From positions 10,219 through 74,218 of the forward strand of contig JARKUF010000019.1 of the NCBI GenBank assembly GCA_029974015.1: a stretch of 64,000 nucleotides of DNA. Direction: 5' to 3'. A program made the position numbers and the translations under genes. The DNA is from Spirochaetota bacterium. Lineage in GTDB: Bacteria > Spirochaetota > UBA4802 > JAGODF01. This document shows positions 35,475 through 42,595 of the stretch, piece after piece. The notes below the pieces were generated by a model. That model saw nothing but the letters and a program-made list of their open reading frames with translations. It had not been told where the DNA came from and searched no databases. Numbering within the stretch: position 1 is the first letter of the stretch; each line of letters opens with the position of its first letter.

Positions 35475-37331
35475 ATGACCGCCATGAAACCTGAGCATAC
35501 AACCGGGCCAGTCATCCAATTCAACTTTCTAGACGAGAAGTCAAAGAAAGAACCTTACATCATTGACGTATTAAACGAAATATATCTTATGCAGAGCCAA
35601 TCCCTTCCCTCCGGGGAAGCCCCTCTGGCCACAATGGAGCACCTGAAAAACTCCCGAAGCATCAACATCCCCTACACCACCGCGAGGAACAGGAACATCG
35701 AATACCTGGTGGAGCACCTCCTCAGGGTCTATCCAGAGATGGTAAAGACCATCACCACTTTCGATTTTCGGTTCCACGAGGAAACCAAAAAGCTCGACGT
35801 CATAGAGACGGTGGAGTACGCTGTGATGATCCATGAACCGTCCCTGGCCTCCCTTCGGGACATGCGGGACCAGAGCTCCCTGGAAAACCTGTTGGCCTTC
35901 ATAGGAAAATTCCGAATCATCAATTTGTCGAAAGTCCTGAAAAAATCGCAAAACAAAGCGGAGCTCTCGCGCCTCTTGAAGATGGAGCTCGGCAAGACCA
36001 TCTTCACCTTTAAAAATTACCGCATCGACAAAAACCGGATAGAATACGCCGAAGACTACTGCTTTCATGCCAGAAACTACGAGAAGGTCAAGGAATCGCT
36101 CAAATTCAAGAAGCTGAAAGACCTCGTGGCCCAAAACTCAGACCTGGTGATGAGGCGCCTCAAGAAGTACGGCATACTCAATTCCGACACAAGCGATTAC
36201 CGGGACACGAAGCTCGAGTACCTCCTCCACGTATTTCTGGACGATCTGGGAAACAGCCTCCCCGAGGGCGACCTCGTGGAGATGAAAAACTTCAAATCAC
36301 TCCGGGCCTGCCTTCTTAAAGTTGACGCCATCCTCGATCCCGCACAGACCCTGGGAAGCGACATCATAAAGTATGTGAGGGAAAACGGCCTTTGTACCGT
36401 CGATGAGGTCATGGCGTCCATGCCGGAGGTCACGGAGGAAGTCCTGAACCGCTGGAGTACCCCGGAGAACCTCCAGGGGGGGCGTATCATCCTTCTCGCA
36501 CGGGAAGAGGCCCGGTATTTTCTCGACGGCACCCGGTACTTCGCCGATCTGTCGGACCTCGCGGACAAAGTGGTGTATCATCCCGACAGGCTGAACCTCA
36601 TGGCGTATCAGGAACGCTCCTCGACAGAGGCCAGGATGGACGTCTACGCCTGGGCGGGGAAAAATCTACTCTCCTCGGAAGATGCGGCGCTCAAAACCCT
36701 GAACGCGGTTCCCGAGACCCTTGAAAAAATCAGGGCCATTATTTCCGATTACGAGGGAAAGAAAATTCAACAGGGCGCGAAACGGGAGATGGAGAAGGCC
36801 GGGGGCCCTGCCAGGCAAAAGAAGTCCCTTTTTCGCGCCCTCCTTAACTTCATCAAGTCCCTTTTCAGCAGGGACAAAAGGCGAGAGGAGGCGCCGCACC
36901 ACGCGGCGTCCGCGAAACGGGAGATTTCTTCGGGGACGCGGCGCGTCCTGGAAAAGCTCTCGGACCGGGGGGACCCCGTGATTCCCCTGTCGGACTATAT
37001 AGAACTCTCGCCGGAGAACAACGCCGAGATAGACAGGATGATACGCGAGTTTCGGGAAAACGGTTTGAAAGTGGTGGTCCCGTTCTACAACGCCAGGGAA
37101 GTGCTGTATCCCAAAAGAAGCAAAAAACTTCTCATCTCCGACGTGGAATATCTTCTCATTCCGCCCGATACATGCCGCCACCCCGACGAAATACGCGCCT
37201 TTACCGATTCCCTCGCGGGCTTTAAGATAAAAGACGATGTGCTCTCGGTAAAGGCGATATTAACGATCGAGAAGTATCTTCTGACGGTGTACCGTCAGAA
37301 AAGGGCCCAGCAGTTTAAGAAGGAACTTTAA
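35475..37331 (+). CDS. Large hypothetical protein, no recognisable domains
   Basis: This is a long ORF with coding-like composition. The first ATG in the track ORF (35451) lies inside the predicted promoter, so the start is likely 35475 or 35484. No motifs recognised. Confidence 0.6.
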   Translation: MTAMKPEHTTGPVIQFNFLDEKSKKEPYIIDVLNEIYLMQSQSLPSGEAPLATMEHLKNSRSINIPYTTARNRNIEYLVEHLLRVYPEMVKTITTFDFRFHEETKKLDVIETVEYAVMIHEPSLASLRDMRDQSSLENLLAFIGKFRIINLSKVLKKSQNKAELSRLLKMELGKTIFTFKNYRIDKNRIEYAEDYCFHARNYEKVKESLKFKKLKDLVAQNSDLVMRRLKKYGILNSDTSDYRDTKLEYLLHVFLDDLGNSLPEGDLVEMKNFKSLRACLLKVDAILDPAQTLGSDIIKYVRENGLCTVDEVMASMPEVTEEVLNRWSTPENLQGGRIILLAREEARYFLDGTRYFADLSDLADKVVYHPDRLNLMAYQERSSTEARMDVYAWAGKNLLSSEDAALKTLNAVPETLEKIRAIISDYEGKKIQQGAKREMEKAGGPARQKKSLFRALLNFIKSLFSRDKRREEAPHHAASAKREISSGTRRVLEKLSDRGDPVIPLSDYIELSPENNAEIDRMIREFRENGLKVVVPFYNAREVLYPKRSKKLLISDVEYLLIPPDTCRHPDEIRAFTDSLAGFKIKDDVLSVKAILTIEKYLLTVYRQKRAQQFKKEL

Positions 37332-37615
37332 TTGGCGTCTGCGCACGCATCTCCTGAAGGACAATTAGCGCAGGTATTCTCCCCGCTTTTGGATGATGAG
37401 GAGCCGGACTTTGAGGAAACGCCTCTGCCGCCGGCGTTTTTATAGTCATTGACGTAGAACCCGGAGCCCTTAAAAATAATTCCCGCCCCGGACCCTATAA
37501 GCCTCCTGACTTCTTTGCCGCATTTTACGCATTCCTTTAAAGGCTCGTCCTTCATGGCTTGGAAAACATCGAAACGGTGCCCGCAAGAATCACACGCATA
37601 TTCATATGTCGGCAT
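37328..37615 (-). CDS. FmdB-family zinc-ribbon putative regulatory protein
   Basis: MPTYEYACDSCGHRFDVFQAMKDEPLKECVKCG carries CxxC...CxxC. It is followed by a G/S-rich tail. Confidence 0.8.
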   Translation of the reverse strand: MPTYEYACDSCGHRFDVFQAMKDEPLKECVKCGKEVRRLIGSGAGIIFKGSGFYVNDYKNAGGRGVSSKSGSSSSKSGENTCANCPSGDACADAN

Positions 37616-37660
37616 CGTTGACCTCCGAAAGAATTGTATCTAAATATCAGGGAACTCGTT

Positions 37661-37974
37661 CCTATGATATCCCGCCCGCCTTCGGCGGGCGGGATATCAT
37701 AGTTTCGTGACAGCCCTTTGGTTTTCTCCCGCCTTCGGCGGGCGGGATGACATAACTTTTGCGACTGCACTACTGCTTTTCCGCCCGCCGAAGGCGGGAA
37801 GAAAGCGCTCAAATTGGCACGACAGTATGGCCACTAAGAATGGAGGGTCCCGATTTATCAAGGAATTTTTCCAAAAATGGCCGAACAGAGCCTCCGGCCC
37901 ATTCCGGAAAATTTAAAATTTTGGTTTTCCCGTCCGTCTTCGGCGGACGGAAAAACCAAATTATTTGAGGTTGC
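37661..37974. repeat. Cluster of four hairpin-repeat copies (F1-F4)
   Basis: - F1 (37661-37700) is the perfect hairpin CTATGATATCCCGCCCGCC-ttcg-GCGGGCGGGATATCATAG.
- F2 (about 37724-37747) has a truncated left arm.
- F3 (about 37776-37803) has a truncated right arm.
- F4 (about 37922-37956) is the variant GGTTTTCCCGTCCG...CGGACGGAAAAACC, followed by TGAGGTTGCC at 37965-37974. Confidence 0.85.
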
Positions 37975-38005
37975 CAAAAGCCTCTCCCGGGGCCAGCATG
38001 TCCCT

Positions 38006-39028
38006 ATGGCGAAAACACAGGCCACCATACCCCTTTTCCTGCCTCATCGAGGCTGTCCAGGACGCTGCGTCTTCTGCAGTCAAAGGGCCTCGGGCGGGCG
38101 GGAAACGTCTACCGCCTCCAGGGAACTGTCTGGCCGGATAGAGCAGTATCTTATGACCATCGATTCCCGCCTCCCCCGGATCGAAGCGGCCTTTTTCGGA
38201 GGCAATTTCACGGGGCTTCCGTCTGCGGAGCAGGAAAACCTTCTCAATGCGGCGCTCCCCTTCCTCGAAAGCGGGCGCATCCACGGGATACGGGTGTCTA
38301 CTCGCCCCGACTTCATCGATCCGGCAAATGCCCTGCTCCTGAAAAACCACGGCGTTGACATTGTGGAGTTAGGCGTCCAATCCCTTTCCGATGAGGTCCT
38401 TACCAGGGCACGGCGGGGCCACGGCACTGCCGAGGTTTATCGCGCCGTTGACATCTTGAAAGCAGCCCACATAAAGATAATCCTCCAGATCATGGCGGGA
38501 CTGCCGGGAGACACGCGGGACCTCTCCGCCGCAACGGCCGTGGAGGCGGCGGCGCTTTGCCCCGACGGGGCGCGCATCTTCCCCACTGTGGTTCTACGGG
38601 GTACGGAGCTCGAAAGGCTGTACCGCGCCGGGGAATATAAGCCCCTCACCCTCGACGAGGCCGTGGAAATCTGCGCCGATATGCGCCAGGTCTTCACACA
38701 GAAGGACATCCCGGTGATTCGAACGGGACTGCATCCCCTCAGAAATCCCGGAGACGAAATAATAGCGGGACCATATCATCCGGCCTTCGGCTTCCTGGTG
38801 AAGGCCCGTCTTCGCCGCCGTGAGATGGAAGAGGTTCTTAAAGAAGAGTTGCCTGGGAACCATGATATCCCAGCGGCGGAATTCATGCTCCCCAGGGAAA
38901 AGAGCGAGGAGTACATCGGCAATGGAAGGGAAAACATCCGGTATTTAAAGGAGAAATATCGGTTGGCGCGCCTCGACATTATACTGAAAGAAGGGGCCGC
39001 ACCCTCGGTCCGGTCTTTGGCGATATGA
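38006..39028 (+). CDS. Radical SAM protein (ELP3-like/COG1243-type core)
   Basis: The CxxxCxxC cluster lies in IPLFLPHRGCPGRCVFCSQ, followed by a TIM-barrel-like remainder. I set the start at MAKTQ (38006) because the track ORF extension runs through repeat copy F4. Confidence 0.75.
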   Translation: MAKTQATIPLFLPHRGCPGRCVFCSQRASGGRETSTASRELSGRIEQYLMTIDSRLPRIEAAFFGGNFTGLPSAEQENLLNAALPFLESGRIHGIRVSTRPDFIDPANALLLKNHGVDIVELGVQSLSDEVLTRARRGHGTAEVYRAVDILKAAHIKIILQIMAGLPGDTRDLSAATAVEAAALCPDGARIFPTVVLRGTELERLYRAGEYKPLTLDEAVEICADMRQVFTQKDIPVIRTGLHPLRNPGDEIIAGPYHPAFGFLVKARLRRREMEEVLKEELPGNHDIPAAEFMLPREKSEEYIGNGRENIRYLKEKYRLARLDIILKEGAAPSVRSLAI

Positions 39029-39144
39029 CCACTCCCCGGGAGGTTGCACCCCCGGCGTACCCATCACGCCATCTTACATTTATCATCCGGCGCTCATATC
39101 GCGCGTTGCCGGGCCCGAGTTTTCGCATGAGCCGGCCGTATCGT

Positions 39145-39906
39145 TCAAAACGACGGCCCGCGGACCGCCTCGACGAAGCGGCGCACTTTATCAGGGTCCT
39201 TGCGGAACCGCACAGGGCGGCCGGCCGGGTCTTCGGCATTGGTCGCCGTACAGGTGTCAACGCCGGCGGGGCGGACCCTTGCGATAGCGGAGGCGACGTT
39301 TTCGGGCGAAAGGCCCCCGGCGAGGATGACGGGAATCCGGCTTGTCCGCACCAGCTCCGCCGCGGCGTCCCAGTCGCAGGTTTTCCCGGTGATCCCCACG
39401 AAGCCCGCCACGGGCTGGCCTTCCGGAGGTGGCGCGCCTTTTCCCATGAGGAGTGTGTCCGTGAGAAAGTAATCGCTCACGGGCTCAAACTCCCGGGCCA
39501 TGTCCACCACGGGGAAACCGTCGGAAGCGCCGGTTTCCGGGACCGGTATGGACCGCATGACAGCAACGCCGGGGAACCTCTCACGCACGCCGCGCTGGAG
39601 CTCCACAAGGCCCTCCCGATAGCGGCGTCCCCCATCACCGGCGGGCAGGAGCTCGCAGAAGTGGACGATGTCCGGCCCGTAGTAGTCTAAAAGTCGGCAC
39701 ACAGTTTCCAGTGTGCTGAAGAGCGGAATAAGGGAACTTTTAGCACCGGCGTTTCGCACAACGGCCACCGCCTCCTTCACCGCCGGGACCTTCCACTCCG
39801 CCTCGGAGAGGACAACGCTCCCCACATGGTCTACCCCGAGGCCCACCATCGCCTCGGCCTCCCGCGGGTCCTGTATCTCGTACACCTGTATGATGCTTTT
39901 CTTCAT
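39145..39906 (-). CDS. Phosphoribosylanthranilate isomerase (TrpF) family protein
   Basis: The C-terminal pattern GITGKTCDWDAAAELV...IPVILAGGLSPENVASAI...GVDTCTATN matches the PRAI family. The gene is not in a trp operon context. Confidence 0.6.
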   Translation of the reverse strand: MKKSIIQVYEIQDPREAEAMVGLGVDHVGSVVLSEAEWKVPAVKEAVAVVRNAGAKSSLIPLFSTLETVCRLLDYYGPDIVHFCELLPAGDGGRRYREGLVELQRGVRERFPGVAVMRSIPVPETGASDGFPVVDMAREFEPVSDYFLTDTLLMGKGAPPPEGQPVAGFVGITGKTCDWDAAAELVRTSRIPVILAGGLSPENVASAIARVRPAGVDTCTATNAEDPAGRPVRFRKDPDKVRRFVEAVRGPSF

Positions 39907-41096
39907 GTCCGTTTCCTTATGTTTAATTCAATATTTCCGTCGGCCTTTCTCCACGCCGCAGTAGTCGCGAGGAGGGCCGCTCCCAGGAGAAAGGCCCCGC
40001 CGGCCACGTTGAATGCGGCGGTGTATGTCCCGGTGAAATCGATGAGAAATCCCAGGCCGAAGGCGAACGCCATCATCCCGCCGTTGAAAAGCGCCGTGAA
40101 GACCGCGTTCGATTTTCCACGGTCCCCCTCCTCCACGAGTCCCACCAGATGTGCGTTCAGGACCGGGTACAGCACTCCGTGGGTCACGCCGTACATGACG
40201 CCCACAAGGAGCATCATTGCGAGGCTGTCCATAGCATTCATGAAAAAATTCATCCCGGCGCCGATGACAAACACCGCCACAAAGAGGTTACGCTTCTCCG
40301 CCCGTTCTATTGTCCGAAGCCCCGTAAACCGGATGAGAATGAGCACGGCAATGTACAGCAGAAAGAACACGGAAAATGAGAGGTCCGTTGTGGTGCGGAC
40401 GAAGTTCGGGAAGAAGGTGATGATGACGCCAAAGGCGCCTCCGAAAATGAATGTGGCGGCGGAAAACAGCAGGTAGCGCCGGTCGCGGAACAGTCGAAGC
40501 GTACCGTCCAGGTTCTTTCCATTGGACACGTCCAGGACCGGATGAAGCCGCGACATGTAGAACGTTAGCCCCAGGCTCAGGGCCACGAGCGTCACTGAGA
40601 TAAGGAAAATGTACCTGTGTTGGACCCCCTGCCCCAGGAGGAACTCCCCAATGGCGGGGCTCACAGCATTGGTGATGGCGCCGGTAATGCCGTAAATGCC
40701 GATGGCCTCCGTGGCCCGTTCCCTGGGCACGCACTCGAAAACTATGGTGGTCCCTAACACCATTGCGACGGCGAAACCGGCGCCGTGGAGAATACGGACC
40801 GCGGGGACCAGCCAGGACAGCGTCGTGATGAAGGGATACACGGCATAGGCGATGAAAAGAATACAATAGCCCAGGCGCAAAAGCCGTATACGGTCATGGC
40901 GGTGAATGAGGGTGCCGGTATACACTGAGCCGATGATGACCAGGAGCTTGTCGAGGTTGTTCATCAACCCTATATACGATTCAGCCGCCCCCAGCCCTTT
41001 TAGATAGATGGGGAAAAGGATAAAGAAGGAGTTCCCCAGGAAGAAGAACAGGTTGGCCAGGGCCATGTAATAGTAAATCCGGGGAAACTTCCGCAT
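39903..41096 (-). CDS. MFS transporter
   Basis: The hydrophobic profile suggests about 12 TM segments, with an MFS-like loop motif between TM2 and TM3. The stop overlaps the next gene's start. Confidence 0.85.
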   Translation of the reverse strand: MRKFPRIYYYMALANLFFFLGNSFFILFPIYLKGLGAAESYIGLMNNLDKLLVIIGSVYTGTLIHRHDRIRLLRLGYCILFIAYAVYPFITTLSWLVPAVRILHGAGFAVAMVLGTTIVFECVPRERATEAIGIYGITGAITNAVSPAIGEFLLGQGVQHRYIFLISVTLVALSLGLTFYMSRLHPVLDVSNGKNLDGTLRLFRDRRYLLFSAATFIFGGAFGVIITFFPNFVRTTTDLSFSVFFLLYIAVLILIRFTGLRTIERAEKRNLFVAVFVIGAGMNFFMNAMDSLAMMLLVGVMYGVTHGVLYPVLNAHLVGLVEEGDRGKSNAVFTALFNGGMMAFAFGLGFLIDFTGTYTAAFNVAGGAFLLGAALLATTAAWRKADGNIELNIRKRT

Positions 41097-41138
41097 GGCC
41101 CACTCGACAATCCCGATGCCGGTAAATCAATCTTTTTT

Positions 41139-41825
41139 TCAGTCCAGCTCCTGGATCCGTTTCAGGTCCGACCGCCTGCCGAGGAAAAGAAGCATGGAAT
41201 CCTCCGGGACCACATCGTCGGCCGTGGGAGCGATCTCCATATTTTCCCATTCCGGCGCGTCGGGCTTCCATTTTTTATTGCCCTGGGAGAACTTGATCCC
41301 CAGTATCTGGCACCGGAAGCGCGCGCCGATCCCCAGCTCCCGGATGGAGCGGCCGATAAAGCTTTTAGGCGGAAGGATGTTCATCACTACATACTCCCCC
41401 GTGAGGGGTACGTAATCCAGCACGTTGCGCATGGCATGGGCCTTCCCCGATTTTGCCGCAGCATCGCGGTCCGGGAAGACTATATCGAAAATCCCCATCC
41501 GCTCCAGGGCCCGGCAGTGGTCCTCTGAGGATGCCCGGGCAATGATATGGGGGGCCCCAAGCTCTTTCAGCACCATGACGCACAGAAGGTTCGTCGCCGG
41601 GTCCCCCAATCCCACGACGACGCCGCTGTATTCCATGAAGGGAAGCCCGGCGAGGTCCTGGCGCTCCGTGGCATCACCCCTCACCGCCTGTACGAGATAC
41701 TCTTTCGCCTCTTCCAGGCGGTCTTCCCTGAGATCGAAACCTGTAACGGCGGTCCCGTATTCCTTGAGGCCCTTGGCGAAATGCCGCCCAAAGACGTTGA
41801 GGCCGATGACGAAGAACTTCCGCAT
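41139..41825 (-). CDS. TrkA/KtrA-like RCK-domain protein
   Basis: I set the start at MRKFFVIGLNVFG (ATG at 41825, with GGGAGGT upstream). TrkA-N and TrkA-C like segments are present. The glycine motif is degenerate (GLNVFG). The track ORF extension to 42098 was rejected. Confidence 0.75.
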   Translation of the reverse strand: MRKFFVIGLNVFGRHFAKGLKEYGTAVTGFDLREDRLEEAKEYLVQAVRGDATERQDLAGLPFMEYSGVVVGLGDPATNLLCVMVLKELGAPHIIARASSEDHCRALERMGIFDIVFPDRDAAAKSGKAHAMRNVLDYVPLTGEYVVMNILPPKSFIGRSIRELGIGARFRCQILGIKFSQGNKKWKPDAPEWENMEIAPTADDVVPEDSMLLFLGRRSDLKRIQELD

Positions 41826-42119
41826 AGCGCACCTCCCTTCTCCCGGGGGCTTTTGATGCCCCTGCCCCGCAGTATTGCCGATACCGGCGGGTTTGTCAAT
41901 CATTGATTTTCCCCAAACCTTGCGCAGCAGGATTCTTGTGGAAGACAAAATCCGAGCACGCAATGGGGACCGAAAATTTCCAAAAAGAGAAAAGGGCACG
42001 GGATTGCAAGAAATGGTTGCATCGAGGGGGCAATTCTGATACATGTTCCGCGTAAAATTATAATGGGGAATCTCTTGATGGAGCACCGAAAAAATCAAAT
42101 TTTTTAAAATTGCCTTATG

Positions 42120-42170
42120 TTTTTCCTCCCCCTGAAGGCAGGCGGAAAAACCCGTTTTTTAGAGGTTGCC
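42120..42170. repeat. Interspersed hairpin repeat, copy G (degenerate)
   Basis: TTTTTCCTCCCCC-tgaag-GCAGGCGGAAAAA is followed by AGAGGTTGCC at 42161-42170. The box points at the ATG at 42207. Confidence 0.7.
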
Positions 42171-42206
42171 AATAGATATAAACCCTAAAAAAAGAAGGAG
42201 GTTTTC

Positions 42207-42410
42207 ATGGCCGATATCATTATCTTCGGGAAAAGCGGCTGACCCTACACCGATAATGCCCGTGCGGCATACGGCGAAAGGGCGCGCTACATTGACGTAA
42301 AGTCCGATAAAAGCGGTTTCGACGAGATGCTTCGCCTCTCCGGTGGGCGTCGCCAGGTCCCCGTAATCGTCGAAGGCGAGAAGGTGACAGTAGGGTACGG
42401 CGGCTCCTGA
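42207..42410 (+). CDS. Glutaredoxin-like thioredoxin-fold protein with in-frame UGA at the redox position (candidate selenoprotein, UPYT motif)
   Basis: AAGGAGG lies 6 nt upstream of the ATG. The translation is MADIIIFGKSG-U-PYTDNARAAYGERARYIDVKSDKSGFDEMLRLSGGRRQVPVIVEGEKVTVGYGGS. The TGA at 42240-42242 falls exactly where the CxxC first Cys sits in small glutaredoxin-like proteins, and the frame stays open to the TGA at 42408. A hairpin lies at 42256-42270, and a GC hairpin follows the stop. Confidence 0.6.
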
Positions 42411-42502
42411 GGGGTATGACGGCCCGCCGTGGGCGGGCCCTCAACAATTGCAGAAAAACGCATTGTCCGGCAGATGGCCCTGTCGGCACGCTCATAGATT
42501 AA

Positions 42503-42550
42503 TCCGACCACCGAAGGTAGGCGGGAAAAATCTAATAATAAGAGGTTCCC
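42503..42550. repeat. Interspersed hairpin repeat, copy H (degenerate)
   Basis: TCCGACCACC-gaag-GTAGGCGGGA is followed by AGAGGTTCCC at 42541-42550. The box points at the MCP start. Confidence 0.65.
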
Positions 42551-42595
42551 TTTTAATAATTCTGTTCTCATCGCCCCAACCATGGAGGATTCTTT

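Noticed and set aside
37661-37974. CRISPR array interpretation of the clustered hairpin repeats
   Set aside because: - Spacing between copies is irregular.
- The repeats are long perfect palindromes of differing length.
- Two copies are partial.
- Dispersed single copies occur throughout the window.
- No cas genes are present.
41139-41825. The orphan TrkA-like gene as part of a K+ uptake system in this window
   Set aside because: No TrkH/KtrB-type membrane partner is adjacent; the neighbours are an MFS transporter and repeats. The glycine-rich dinucleotide motif is degenerate (GLNVFG). I noted this but found it too weak for a separate finding.
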